A stretch of 58,747 nucleotides of DNA, filler included, from Sphacelaria rigidula (Eukaryota): NCBI GenBank assembly GCA_964200075.2. It is 10 parts of 10 records of this genome, joined end to end, with 100 filler letters (N's around TTAATTAATTAA, not from the genome) between each part and the next. Parts side by side here need not be neighbours in the genome. Positions count along the whole stretch, not along the records: positions 5,887 to 11,672 come from CAXNAA020024479.1; positions 11,773 to 17,557 come from CAXNAA020024480.1; positions 17,658 to 23,442 come from CAXNAA020024481.1; positions 23,543 to 29,327 come from CAXNAA020024482.1; 6 more parts are not named here. One strand, 5' to 3'. This document shows positions 11,591-25,072 of this stretch, piece after piece. The notes under the pieces are model-generated. The model was not told where the DNA came from. It did not search any database and saw only the letters and a program-made list of their open reading frames with translations. Position numbers and translations under genes: made by a program. Each line of letters opens with the position of its first letter. Position 1 is the stretch's first letter.

Positions 11591-14500
11591 TCATAGGTCT
11601 AGCACTGAGTGATGCTACGGTAGGGGTACAGAAATAATTTCTGAGATTAGAATTGTTAGGAGCCCTTTATCTNNNNNNNNNNNNNNNNNNNNNNNNNNNN
11701 NNNNNNNNNNNNNNNNTTAATTAATTAANNNNNNNNNNNNNNNNNNNNNNNNNNNNNNNNNNNNNNNNNNNNGTCCCGAAACACCAAGCTGCCGAGAGAT
11801 TCCGTCATCTCTTCTTGCCTGTCGCCAACGCGAAGATCGATTTCTCTTTGCCTCTCCTTTCAGACAGGATGTGCCTCTGTGCGCTGAAAAACATGTCGTT
11901 GAAAAAATGGGACAATTTTCCCGTCACCGCTACAACTGTTCTCTGTCACACACATGCCAGGAAGGGCGGTGCTGCGGGAATAACAGATAGATCCAATTTG
12001 AACTTAGGGGGTGTTATTCATCGTTGACTTTCGCCGACCTCTCCCAACGGGGTGCCCGAGCAGAAGGGCGTGCCACACGCCAGTTGAGGGGGGTGTATGA
12101 GAGATCAAACACTTGTAGAGACCGTTTTGTCATGCGGAGTGAAAAAAAAAACCTATGGTGGTGACTAACTGTTGCTAGCGTGGCGCATAGGCAATGTGCA
12201 GCGCACGTTGGTCACGTGAACAGCTCGGTACAGTACGAGTAGTAGCTTCCCATAAGTTTTTGATGGAGAGACGATGGGGTTTAGATGTGTCAAATAAATG
12301 GGTTTCGCTGTCGTCCAAAATGGGAAAATGGCTCATGTGGTCGCGCCTTGTCGCGCGACTCAGTTTCTGGGCTTTGCGCTTAGCGTCCCTGGCTCGAACC
12401 TGAGGGTCCATCAGTTGTCAATTTCTTTTCTTTTCTCCTACCGCCCTTATTTTTCCTTCTGGTCACATTTTGTTTTGCTCTCGGTATCCATTTTATTGTA
12501 CGCACCACTCTGCTGGTGGTACTGGATAAAGTAGCAGCACCGATGACAGTCACTCCCGCTCCGAAGACAACGCCGAGCACCCATAGAAAGCTAGCGAACG
12601 ATGATGCTTCACGACGTTTTTCTCGACCCACTGCTCCTCGATCGTTCGGAAACCTTACTCTGTGACTTTCACCGACTCTGTAGACCAACAGTGGTGATAT
12701 CATTGCTGCATCCGGCACAGCTTTGGATACGGGGCCGGACACGATATCTTTCTATTATTGTCGCTGTGGGTTGTTTCAATCTGCCCCGACGGAACATACC
12801 CCGAGAGAGGACTTTAGCCATAACATTACTGCTGGCTCCCGTTGTTGTTCTGGATGGCCCGTGTTGGTCAGCACCGTACAGTCAGTACCCTACTGGCTGG
12901 CCAGGGCTGGCCCATCTTGCGGTCCAGATACAGTCGGTCCCGCGACAGAAAGTTGTTGAGGTACAACGGCGCAAACAGCCAAATACTCTACAGACGGGGC
13001 ATCAGATAGCTAACGTGAACATTTTACCCTCTCACGAATGCGTCCCCGTGTGCTGAGGTGCTGGTTCCTTCGAAGGTAGTTAGTACGCTTGCTTCATGGC
13101 TTTGTGCTTGTTGAAATATCCTTGCCGCTGGGTGCATATATTTCTCCTAGCTCCGTCGCAGCTACTGTCCTGGACTGTAGCAAGCCGACGAACGGAACTT
13201 GAGCCCAAAGCAGGAATGAACAACAAATGCCCGAACAGTGCGATTTTGTTGAGCTCTCTACGGCAGATGGGGCCTGCGCAGCGCACGAGTGTCCATAAAA
13301 AATCCCATATTCGTCGAAGAACCATTGAAAACAACAACTAAATGGCTGATTTCCGTTCAAATACCATTTAATGACCCGTACCTATGCACCCGGTGTCAAT
13401 GCTGGGTGCAAGGAAGTGAGGTTACGGGGTTCATCACTCGGGGATAATATGATCTTCACCTAGGTTTTTCCGTCAACTACAATCAAAACGACACCGCGTG
13501 TATCCAGGTTGAATATATCGTCAGGATCGTCCGGTTTATCAGGATATTTTCCTGCAGCGGGGGGTCTTGTCTTTACTAGGGAGAACTGAGGTTCAAAACC
13601 TCATCGACCCTGCTGATATACTCTGCAACCTACGGTAGGTGATACAGCCGTTAACGATACCGTGGTATCCCAGATGCTGTTCTCACCCCCCCACTGTCCA
13701 CTACCACCTGCCTCGGGGTATTAATAATCATTCCAAGCCGCTTACCCTCTCATCGCTCTAAGAATGATATATATATCATCGTTCCCCACTGCCTGCTTAC
13801 CGTGGGTTGACACTCCAGACCGCTTAGCAAGCCATCATCCCCCCGTGCTACCCCCCTCCCCTCCCCAAGCCTCCCCCAGCCCCGCCTAGAGCGGGACTGA
13901 TGCTCCCCAAAAGTCGCGTGGACTCAGGTAGCACCCTGTTGAATTTGTTTTTTTTCGTCATACCCTCAACCTTTCCCCTTCCTCAGCACGGGTCCGTAGT
14001 CTCTGGCTCAACCCATCTCATCTCACCCCTAGGTAAACGCCTTCCAATTGGGGTATCGCCAATTGGATCAGCACTCCCGCCCCGCGTCGATTCTAGTCAA
14101 GCAACTACTTTGCTAATCACTTCCTCACGGTTTAAAGGTAGAAATCACATTAGAATCGGGAAAAATCCTGAAGCTCTATCTGCCTGGATTTGGACAGCGA
14201 TTTTCCACACCCGAACAGACTTCACTTGTACCGGTTACACCGCTGGGACGCGGCGACTACCCCCTTGAAAAAATAGCACCGTGCGATGAGTTTCCGGGTC
14301 CGAACAACTTACGAAAAACCCATCACTCGGGAGTAGTATACTGTGAAACCTACCGTACTTCGGATATGTGCACGCACTGTGCGGGGTTCCGTCAAGAGGC
14401 GAGAATGCATGAAGAATTTTCAACTCGACATTTGGTGGTTTCGCGGGGGAGGGGGGTGGGTCAGCTAGTAGGTTTCAACCCATGGGCGCATCCATACTTT

Positions 14501-14823
14501 CACGAGGAGAGTTTGCCGTCCATGGGTATCCATGAGCAGGTGGGCAGCCCATAGACAGCCGTGGGCTCTCTCATGGGCGCGCCGATGAAATTCATATGTG
14601 TCCATAGATGTCGATAAGCACCAAAAATCCTCTAAGGGGTATAGCCATAGGTATTTGACGCACCAATGGCATCAATGTGGAGTCCGAGGAGCCACTTCGA
14701 TTGAACGGCCGTGGTCGCGAATGGGCTCACAGCGAATGAGCTCGCGGGTAGTCCCGCCGGAGCAAATTTTACAATTTGACACCTTCACCTCTGTATTCTC
14801 GCAAGAACCTAGAGACTACTTTC

Positions 14824-15443
14824 TTAGTGGGGGCGCAAATCTACGACACAAACACCGATGTTATCCGTGCTTCCCCGAACATATGCCTCATGCGTGAGCG
14901 CCGTAGCAGCCATTTGAAATGCCTGACCAGGCCCATACACTCCGTACCCACGGGGTACCCTTGTTCTCCTTCCCTCAGCACGCGCCTTCCTCTTTTCCCT
15001 TCCATCACCCCGTTCACCCTCACTTCCAGCCACGTGGATACTGCTCAGCTCGGCAGCTCCATCTCTCCCCGCTCCGGCGCTCATCGCCTGATCGTGAGCG
15101 CTTTCGGTTGACCCCAGTATGACCTCCTTCACCATGTCCACGGCCTCTTGGCTGGACACAACATCCCACAGTCCATCCGAGGCCAACACCAGAAACGACG
15201 GCCTGCTACTCGCACTTTGGTCACCATCGCTACCACCAGTGGCTCGAGCGTCTGCTGCCTGTCGGTGCGAGATGAACACAACATCGGGCTCCGAGGAGAG
15301 TACCCCGTGTTGGTTCAGACGGCGATTGCCGATGGTGCGTGTCACGGCTAGTTCTCCGTTGACTCTGAGGACTCCTCTGTGCTCGATGAATCCGCCGCTG
15401 GCTTCGACTCGCTCTCGCTCGTTCGAGCTGTAGGGGGTGTGGT
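14824..15443 (-). CDS. Protein phosphatase 2C (PPM family), last exon
   Basis: Acceptor CTCTCGCAG|AC completes a phase-1 GAC codon (DHTP). Then ERERVEASGG, RVNGELAVTRTIG, FLVLASDGLWDV, RGSTDNIGVCVVDL and a stop at 14824. Confidence 0.93.
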
Positions 15444-15922
15444 CTGCGAGAGTGGTGTCAACGGGTGTGGTGTTTTGAACGTGCTTTAGGGGAGAGAGGG
15501 CAAAGCTTGAAGGATGCGGACGACCCTGTGCGAGGTACTCAAACACAGGAGAAAGTACTCCGTCAGAAAATACTCTGGGGAGATACATGAACGCCTTCTG
15601 ATGAAGCACAGCGCCACGACAGCATGCTCGACAACGTTTCCGATGAAAGACGGTACTTCAACCCCGGCCACCATGTTGATTTTCTGAAAATACGCTGTAC
15701 CACGACTGGATTCCCCCCGGGATCAGCTATAATAATGTACGACAATCACTCGAAAATCAAGCAAACTACATGAGAAGGTTGTAATCCTTCGTGCGAAGCA
15801 CATGCTGTTGCGAAACACACCAACAGCATAGACCCACCGCACGGTGGCGCGAAATACAGTACAACACTCATCTACACGAATCTTACTCACATCATACGAC
15901 ATCTACCTCTACCCCCACTCAC

Positions 15923-16571
15923 CCTCGGTAACATCCACAGCTCCGCCGAGTTCATCACAGCACATGACCGCTCTCGAGTCCCCGACATGAGCAACCACAG
16001 TGCTGTGCGCATACACCAGAGCAACCGTGGCCGTCGTGCCACTGTCTTCGTCAGCCCCCCCGGCCCCGCCACCGCCTCCCGCCTCCGCATCTTTAGACCC
16101 CCCTGCGAGGCCTTCTACACCCTGGGATGCCGCTGCCGGCGCCCTGCCGGCGCCGCGGCTGGCAGCGGCCCGATATCTAGATCCAGATGTCGCGAGAAAA
16201 TCTTCTTGGGTTTTTCGGAACGCCGATCGAACAGCGAATTCAATGTTGGCACGATTTTCGCCCAAATCCTCATTTTTCAAGAATTCCTCATTATCCGAGA
16301 GACTTTGATCCTCCGAATGTTGCAGACGCGCGGATGGCCGTTGCTGTTCTGTACTGCCGTGGTTGGGGACGCCATTGAACCGGGTATGGGAGTTTTCTGT
16401 ACCCAGAGAGGGGTGAGTACGACGAGGAGGGTCTGGATCTACGGGGTACTGCGGGTCGGCTGCCACGGCGTTGAGAAACAGTTCGAGGTTCAAGTGCAGG
16501 GCACGTGAGGCGAACTTGGCTGCTCGAGTGCCGCAGTGACCGTCGAAGACTCCGTAAAACTTGTAATCTTC
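15923..16571 (-). CDS. Protein phosphatase 2C (PPM family), penultimate exon; gene is 5'-partial
   Basis: Acceptor ..TCGCACAG|GAA at 16571 and donor GAGG|GTGAGT at 15923. Encodes FYGVFDGHCG..AA, DSGTTATVAL and VVAHVGDSRAV, the PP2C motifs. Confidence 0.93.
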
Positions 16572-16816
16572 CTGTGCGATGGTGAGATGGAAAAAGCGTT
16601 GTTCGGGAGTGTTCGGGAGTACTGGAATTAGTGGAGATGGAGGGGGACGAGAGGTTCCCGCCAATGAGGCAATTCATCAGTTGGTCCTTTTCAGGAAAAC
16701 GCCCATTGCTTGGAGCTGGCTCTCTGTTCGTGCATGAAAGGTCGTGGGTCGGGATATATGTACGAGCTGGCCCGGCCTTAAAACGGGTCCAAGCTCTCAA
16801 AGCATTATCTCATGTA

Positions 16817-17230
16817 CATAGACGAGTTGGGCCGTGATCCGCATATCGTATTAACCGTGTAATCAAGGGAAAGGTGTTCATCCGCTCAAAAGTCTGGGCC
16901 ATTTTTTTCTCGTCGATTAAACGCCATGTCTAGTACTTCCTATACCGTACGGAGATGGCGTCTATAGTGAAGTCTACATGAATCACCGAACGCTATATAC
17001 AGCGGGTGATGACGATTTTTGGTGTGGACATTCCCTGAAGCAGGAGGGAACGATCGATACCCTCACATTCACCAAATTCACCATCTATCTCGAAATACGG
17101 CGCACATAATTTCCTATACTGAAATCAATATATTACGAGCAGAGGCACTATATGCACTAAATCTGGATTCCGCGTCTCAGCTTTTGAGAGATGTGTTTCG
17201 AAATTACGTATGGAGAATCGCTAGTGCATA
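16817..17230 (+). repeat. Dispersed repeat (probable non-autonomous transposon); other copies at ~27290-28050 (-) and ~30280-30930 (+)
   Basis: Shared blocks such as GACGATTTTTGGTGTGGA, ATACCCTCAC, TATCTCGAAAT, ACGAGCAGAGGCACT, TAAATCTGGA..CGCGTCTCAG occur in three different scaffolds. Confidence 0.85.
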
Positions 17231-20200
17231 CCAATATATATATATATATACAAGGGATTCGGCGGCTTCCGCCGCCATGCTCAATGAGATCGATAGCCAA
17301 GGTACATGAGCACCGGTCATCGTTGCTCGCATTAGGTGACGGCACAGATCACAGTTTTAAGTGCAGTATTTTCCGCTGTGTGCGTATGGTGACACGAGTC
17401 CCGGGGGCAGGAAGGATATGCAGAAGAGGTTCATTGATGCGTGATAATTGTACCTACAGGAACGGGTAAATGACAACCTTCACCGTCGAAGAACACACAC
17501 GGAGACACGCACTCACGTTTTTCACCCACAACAACGAATAGGAAACATCGACCATCGNNNNNNNNNNNNNNNNNNNNNNNNNNNNNNNNNNNNNNNNNNN
17601 NTTAATTAATTAANNNNNNNNNNNNNNNNNNNNNNNNNNNNNNNNNNNNNNNNNNNNCATACACCGAAAGGTGTAGACTGGTGCCCAGAATAAAAGGGAC
17701 GTCAACACAACACACACATTCGACAACGGGTGAGTACTGTAATCCAGAGACGGTGCGCTCCTCCTCATTTCGAGTTTAGATCTACAGGATGAGCATTGGT
17801 ATCCATACCCCTGCGACCGTATCCCCGTCTTGAAAGGGAACCGCAACGAGAGAGCGCTAACGCCAGCATGAGATAGGCGCACCGCACCAGGGCACGGTAA
17901 CGAATACACTAGCGTGTGGTCCTGTAATGTTGAGTTCTAGTAAAGGACTGAGTACTGTTGTCTGTGCTCTCAATTGTCTGTACAAGCGACACGTCTGCCA
18001 TAGATTCTTGCCGTTGTACACAGGGACCGTCGAGGTATATTCATGTATCTGTTCACTGTACAGTCAGTACCCCCCCGTACCCTAAATATTTGCCAATCGG
18101 TGGTAGTGCATACAAAGTAATGCCTGTTGAACTGACATATACACAGAGAGTGAGTACCAACGGAACACACGACAGGAGATAACCATACGATGGACCAGGG
18201 TCTCCGAAAAAAGTTCGCGAAAACTAGCGCGCGGTTTTATGCAAGTGCAAGTACGTCGGTGTGGTACGTTTGTCCTCGCTCTTTAATCCTTGGTCGATTG
18301 ATCCGACCACTGCTAGACCGCTTCGTCACTTTCGAGTCCTGAGTTTTGAGAGCATACGCCAGGCCAAGCACAAATATTCAAAAATTCACCATCTCATCCA
18401 AGTCTCACCCCAAATACCGTCCAGACCCCAGGCTACAGATTACAGCCAGCACCTGGCAGTTGAGGGATTCCTACATACATCCACCAACCGGAATTATTTT
18501 GGAACTTTGTCAAGTACTTCAATTCTTCTTGCTATACGCGTCGATTCGACCTGTGCCAACGATTTCTCGGCGTGGGGTATTTTCTGCAACCCCCTAGTCT
18601 AACAGCTCTGATATAAGGCTCGGGTTGGGTTGGGTTGGGTCCGGGACATGACAGAAAACAGTACAGGATGTACCAACCCAAGCTCAACCATGGAGTTCGG
18701 AGAGAGGGCGGGGTAAACGCACCCCTTCGCTCGGGTGATGGCGAGGGAGCAACATTCGAACACTAAACCATCTGATACTGTGTATTACCATTTTGGCACT
18801 CTCCGCCTCTATACTCGGGGTATTCAAAAAGCCTCACGACCGCACCACAAAGACGGGTATAGCAGTGCATTCTTCCTTGGGTAGACATGCAATGGTCCCG
18901 TGTATCCCACCCTTTACACAGCAAGACGCGAAAGTAACACGGAAAATCCTTGCGACTCTTTTGGTCGACCCTTGTGGATTGGTTGTACTTTCGGTATTCA
19001 ATTCGTCTCCTGTTATGATGGTGCTTCCGTCCGGCACGCTGAACACCACGGCTGTACTGTACTGTTGAGGTGTGTACACAGAACTGCGGCTAGTGCAAAG
19101 AGCCAGGTGTGAAGTACCGCACGCATGTAGAGTGTGCTGAGTGCCACTCTCAAGTTGTTTCATGGCGTTGTCTGTTCATAACGATGTTTGCAATGAAGCT
19201 GAACACAAATGCAGTGGTGCAAAATACGTGCTCCGGTGTTCACCAGTACGGGTATCCGGTCGGGGGTCGTGCATGTTGTCTGTGCGGTCTGTACAGATGA
19301 AAAGGTAGGAGGCAAGGTTAAAATAGAGCCAGCTCTGTACACACTAACCTGAACAAAAGCGCTGCAACTGGGTGTGGCGGTGCGGCCGAAAAAACTGCAC
19401 AAAAACGGTAACAAAATAAATTCCGACCTTCATTGTGCGACTGTTGTATGTATGGCTTGGCAATTGTGCCTCTTTGTTTGCAAGATGGGTCGGTCACCTC
19501 CTCAATAGTAGAGTACAAAGAGAGTAGTTTGAAATGTAGGACGATTGGTCGGATCACGGTAAGAGAGCTCGGACACGTGAAGGCATTACGATCTCTTCTA
19601 TAATTGGACAGATTGGTGCATCAAATCCGCCAACACAAGAGGGCGAGATCCAGGAAAGGGAATTGAGCGCGCTGGCGACGCGTGTGTGATGCGCTCGTGT
19701 ATGCAGCGATTTCCGCCACTGAAAACGGAGAACCCAAGGGAAAACTACGCCGACTATCGCACCTACCACTCGTGGACGAATGTGTTATGCATGGTTGTTT
19801 TTTGAATGGCCCATGACTAGACCTGAAACTGCCGGCAATACCAAACATCAACTTGGCAAAAACCTGCATTTTTTGGAAAGTCAGAGATCTATAATGTAGG
19901 ACGAGCTACTCAAACAAGCCACACGGTACACAACTGCACACCGACATCCACCGACGGAAGTAGCAACGTTCCCAGGACATACGCTTACAAAAGCCTTTGA
20001 GTCGAACGTACCTTCTTGTCTTCCGATGACGAGCCGCCGTTTCCACGCTGTGCAAAAAATGTATGGGCGGGGGTAGAATTAACCACCATGCCGCCACTTT
20101 TGTGCCAGTTAGAATCTGAGTCGCTCGCCGCTGAGATCCCGATCCCGCCGCTCCCATCTTTCGGTCCTAGGCCATCACGGCTGAATGTGGTGTGTTGTCT

Positions 20201-21312
20201 CACAGCCGCAGTAGCTCTCTGCATGTCTGAAGTGGCGATTGCCACTTCCTTGTCTTCCTCCCTTCTTGCGGTAGTACCCTGTCAGCTACTGGTGAAGGAT
20301 AGTCCGCCTAGCCAAGGCCTAGCAAGAAAAAATGCATAAGCGGCAGCAGTCCCCAATCAGCGCGGTACTCTGCTACAGTAAGTTGCTGTGTTCACGACTG
20401 AACACGGTAGCGGTGCCGCAAAACGTTTCCACGACAAACTAGGAAAACGACAGGGGTCGTCGCACTTTTCTTGTCCTGACTGACTTCCGCCTACGCCAGC
20501 CGTGTGTAGTCACAGGCATTCGCCCAGCCGGTGCCCTCGCCGGTGCAACAAGTGCAGGTGAAACGAGAGAGGTGAATACAATTGCAACCTAATGTACTTC
20601 TGATTCGAACGTTTACGTACGGAAGATCGAAGTGACTGGGTTTTTGTGAAAAAAAAAAGCTGAAAATTGGTGCAGTTGCTGGCCGTTTCGAGTTTTTTTT
20701 TCTTTTAGAGCTCCTGTGTTGTCTGTGTGGTGTTGTTGTCTTCATGTCTTCCGATTCCTACGCCTTCTGTGCTGTACAGTAATCCTATTTCCACACTTTT
20801 TTACGCACTATATTTCCGTATCCGGGCATCTTATACGGATGCCTGTCGTGGTCACAGGCTAGCTACTCAAACAGAGTATACTGTAATGAAGTCAAAATCA
20901 AATACAAATAAATTAGGACCCGGAAAAATTAATACAGACGCGATACACTTTTTAAGATCTGGCGCCACCGGCGACCGACTACTGGGGGGGAAGATCCCAA
21001 TGTTCCCCCTCAACACGTCAAGCCAAACGACGCAGTAACAGTAACATGGTGGTATCCTCGTTACTAGGCCGGGGCTGGGGTGTGTCAGCCGCCGGAATCA
21101 CTTTTCATTTTTTTTTCTGAGAGGGGGCGACTCGTAGGTCTACCTGAAAGAGAGAAACGGGTTCACAAGAGGTGTCAAGAGGCCGACGCGGTCGTTCATC
21201 GGTGCAGACAGGATAGCCCAGGATCAACACTCCGTCTACAGCTTCTTGTGTTCGTTGGTGTGATAAAAGTCAGATAGATAGACGCCTGCATCCCGGTATG
21301 ATACAATTACAA

Positions 21313-22602
21313 TTACGTGCCCCAGAAAAGATCTGTTGAATAATAAATGAACGATGCGTGTAGCCTATCTATATAGTCTTCTCGTGAGGTACCTGCCTGG
21401 TACCGGTGGTCACGAGTTCCTGTCATCGGGAAAAAAGGTAAAGAAGTCCACCAGTTTGTCTGACTAATATTATACCACGCGGTATGCCCTACGACAAATC
21501 TCCCTCGGAGATATTTGTATTGAATTCCAAAAATGATGGAAAATTGAAATAGCAATTTCTCGCGGCGTACTTGTACTGTCTTGTCTGTAGTATTCCAAGC
21601 CTGATACGGGGTTGGTTTTGCATGGATCGTTCATCATCTGGCTGATCTGACTGCGTCCAGCCCACACAGGCTCAGTAGCCTTCACGACTTTTTTGCGTAC
21701 ATAAATACACTGAAAAGAGTGCACGCAGCATCTCATCAAAGATTTCATCCAGTAAACAGGCAAAGTGCGTGCTGGCGGAGCTGCCGATTTGAGCAAAAAT
21801 GCGTGCTGTGGACGACACAGGACAGGAACATTTGGGATTGTCGCGACCTTTTCAAGATCCGAATCTGGTGATCAAGACCACCATCAAGTACTTGGTTATC
21901 AAGTACTTGGTATGTTGATGTTTCAACAGAAGAAGTATGATATGACCACAAACTCGGCTCTAGTACTCGTAGCAGGGCCGAGCGTAGAATGTAATCACGT
22001 AATCACCTGTGCAATATATATGGATGGGATGGGCCGCCAGTGCCTGTTCTCAATGCGTAAAGGGAACAGCGAAATCACTCGGCAGGCACTTCGCAGTGTA
22101 CATTACGTTGTGCTGTTTTCGACGCCTTTTTTCATCCCAGAGTTGCCGTGTTACAGTATTTTGCATCATCGTCTGCGTGTGGGTACCGTACACCATGTTC
22201 TCTGCAAGTTCTTTTCTCGTTCATATCTATCGAGACCCACTCGTCCTCATCATAATACCACTCTGGGCGTCATGATGCCCATCATCGTTTGCCGATACTC
22301 TTACTGTATCGACAGTGGTTCAAGCGTTGTTCGGACGACTTGCGTAATGCGGGTTTAGTCGATACTCACTCATCTGCCAATACTATAAATAATAAATACT
22401 ACTTGCTGGTTCGGCAGCACCCGTTGAACGTTGCTTGGGTGAATCTGTACTTATTCCACGAATCATGATGCTTGCCATCATCAACCGACATTGGGTCGAC
22501 CAAGTACCCCTGGAATCTAGTCCCCACATCAAACAAACGTGGGGTTCTGCGGGCTTTGGTCATGATGCTCGCGATCATCAACAAAAATACTGGTTCAAGC
22601 AA
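21313..22602 (-). pseudogene. Decayed piggyBac-like transposase remnant
   Basis: Across frameshifts and stops the minus strand gives, in piggyBac order: RF..LVD...DSWNKYRF; SIGR*VSID*T (one substitution each from GRWVSIDE); ELAENMVYGT; TNWWTSLPFF...SREDYIDRLHASFI. Motif recognition by eye only. Confidence 0.5.
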
Positions 22603-23036
22603 GTACAGTACTACTACTACTGTATGTATACGGTAACCGTGAAATTAGTCATTATTATTGTCATCAAACGTTATTGCGTGCTGGGCTTTAACCATGACAC
22701 TCGTCGTCATCTATCTACCAAAACGAGTTGGGTAACGCCCGGACGCCCGCTGAAATACACGCCCTCCGAGCGAAAGCTGTGTGCCGGGTTCTCGACATGA
22801 TACTCACTGGTGCATCTATCAACTATTGTACTCTGGTTTGGTAAAATTCGGGGAAAATACACTCGTCGGCAAAGATATAACAAAAAATAAGGATGTGTGC
22901 CGAGAGTGCCCAAAAAAAGACCCTCCGAGACCCTATGTTACCTCCCTCCCCCCCCTCCGGCGGTCGTAGGATTTTTGTTTTTTCACAGTAAGAAACACTT
23001 AATAAATAGCCATTTTAGGGCGACTTGGGTGAGGTA

Positions 23037-23373
23037 CACACGCGGCCATTTGGCTACCTCTAAACTTCCTCCAGGTGGGTACACTTTTCGAGCTTCCAGA
23101 GGGATTAAACGCCTCCGGAGTGGTGCGCGGCTCTCCAGAGGAGATCTTTTGGTCCCCTCCAGAGGGTTGAACGCCTCCGGAGGCTTATTCTTGCCTGCAG
23201 AGGGCCGCGCATACCCCCAAATTCCTCCGGAGGGGTGCGCGGCCCTCCGGGTCGGTAGAGTTTGGTCTCCTCTCTAGAGGGATGGAAGGCCTCCGGAGGC
23301 TTGTTTTTCCCCTGGAGGGCCGCGCATCCCTCTGGAGGCATTTTGGGGTGTAGCCACATGGCCGCCGCGTGTG
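23037..23373. mobile_element. MITE with CACAC...GTGTG termini and 2-bp TSD (TA); CMC/EnSpm-like
   Basis: TIR CACACGCGGCCATTTGGCTAC / GTAGCCACATGGCCG(CCG)CGTGTG, flanked by TA on both sides; internal CCTCCGGAGG repeats; second copy at 44861-45065. Confidence 0.85.
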
Positions 23374-23776
23374 TAGCGCCCATGACTGTTGGCCCTATCT
23401 GCCACCACAACATTGGACGCAAATTGGGCCAACAGTCATGGGNNNNNNNNNNNNNNNNNNNNNNNNNNNNNNNNNNNNNNNNNNNNTTAATTAATTAANN
23501 NNNNNNNNNNNNNNNNNNNNNNNNNNNNNNNNNNNNNNNNNNTCTCCCCCGGTACGCGTCTTCCATTTTGGTATCGCGGATTGGGTCAGCACTCCCGCAC
23601 CGCGTCAAGTCATGTCACACAAATCCAGTCGACTAGTTTGTTCACTCTCGTTCTCATGCTTTCCACGGTGGAAGTCATACATCACAAACAAAAAACCCAA
23701 CGCATCGGGAATCGAATTCTCGTTCTCTCCACCCTAATGGCGACAGTCGGACCATTACACCACCGGGTCGCAGCGG

Positions 23777-24160
23777 CGATATCTGTAGAATGAGATTCTG
23801 AAAATCAAGAATCGCCATATCTTCCGCAAAACAAGACGATGTTAACCATTTTTTCTTAGGTTTGTGGTACCAACTACAAGCGCGTCATAGGAAATGAAGG
23901 ATTTTCACGAGGTATTGAGGGTCTTAAAGCAAAAAAAAAAAAGTTTTTGGACGTCTTCACCCGCACGCGTGTGCACGGAAATGTCGAAAATACGGTTTTG
24001 GCTCTAGAACCCTGATTGTGAAGCAAACCTTCGTTGATTTTTTGCGACGTGCTCGTAGTGGGTGCCACAAACGTACCGAAGAAAAAATTGGTAGACTTCG
24101 TTCTGTGTTCCGGGAGATGTGGCGATTCTTAATTTTTAGAATCCCATCCTACAGATATCG
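23777..24160. repeat. Inverted repeat pair (~50-bp arms), MITE-like
   Basis: CGATATCTGTAGAATGAGATTCTGAAAATCAAGAATCGCCA at the left versus TGGCGATTCTTAATTTTTAGAATCCCATCCTACAGATATCG at the right. Confidence 0.7.
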
Positions 24161-24824
24161 GTCATCCTACACCTCTACTTTACACTGTTGAAGTGTGAAC
24201 TGAACAACTGACAGGGGGAGACGGGGGAACATCCGTTTTTTATGCAGGAGTACAAATAACCCGCAGACACCGCATTTTTTTTTCCAGCGGTAGTTTTGTC
24301 CAAAGGCCGTTCTCGGAATCTCGAAGCCAAGCGGATCGGAAGTGAGCTAGATCTTCCTTGGTGAAGCGATACAAAGTGTCCAAGACATGGTATGGCGATA
24401 TTCCCTGTTGGAAGGGGGGGGGGGGGGGGGGGGAGGGGCAAAAACCGTGCCAAATGTCCCGAAAGTGGAAAATATTTCCCCCGCCCAAAACGCCAACCGC
24501 AAGAAACGGTCCAAGACCGTTTCGTACAGGGGCAAATCCCGGATATGCAGAGACCTCGATCTGTGCGGAATCGGAGTGACCCATACTTGCGAAAGTCAGA
24601 TTTACATGGGGCCCATTATGGTTTCACAGATCTACTGGAACAGGCCCAAGGGCAGGTCGAGTAGAGTATGTACTTTTGCATTCTCAGTTAGAATACCCGA
24701 GTATTTACTCAACTCAATTTTCGAGTTGATGGGGTACGCCCCCAAATACTCCACTCAATTTTTGGGTACAAGGAGTTCTACCTCAAATACTCGACCCAAA
24801 GTTTGGGTATGATCTCAGTGCTTT

Positions 24825-25072
24825 CACGGTTGGACAAATCATCACGACTCATAATCACCAACTTCACGATTTCTTCGGCCTGATCGCCAAAAAGAGAGAA
24901 GAACGCTTGTCGCTGGTCCAAGGGGTATCCACGCAACTGCGCCATTCCACGTGTCTGAAATAAAGCCTGGGTTGCAACGCTGGAATAAAGCCTGGAGAAT
25001 GATTCGTCACGAGTCGACTCATTATACTAAAACCAAGTAATTCTCAGACGATTCATTATTTGTCCGACCCTT
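24825..25072. mobile_element. Small TIR element with imperfect 9-bp TSD (Mutator-like), nested in the hAT-like MITE
   Basis: Left end CACGGTTGGACAAAT and degenerate right end ATTTGTCCGACCCTT, with flanks CAGTGCTTT / CAATGCTTT. The same left end occurs at 29278-29320 (+) and 1-66 (-). Confidence 0.65.

Noticed and set aside
12500..13060. Possible decayed Copia gag (AGQGWPILRSRY)
   Set aside because: There is only one weak motif, and I found no LTR, PBS or pol sequence.
17250..17345. Possible upstream PP2C exon (SNDDRCS resembling motif 1)
   Set aside because: It lacks the R..(M/N)ED consensus and convincing splice sites.
20011..20278. Possible minus-strand exon (GTTARREEDKEV...SSSEDKK|GT)
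   Set aside because: Splice-like ends exist, but the peptide is low-complexity with no homology cue and no partner exon.
21765..22358. 197-aa plus-strand ORF as a gene
   Set aside because: It has no motif and lies antisense to the piggyBac-like remnant.
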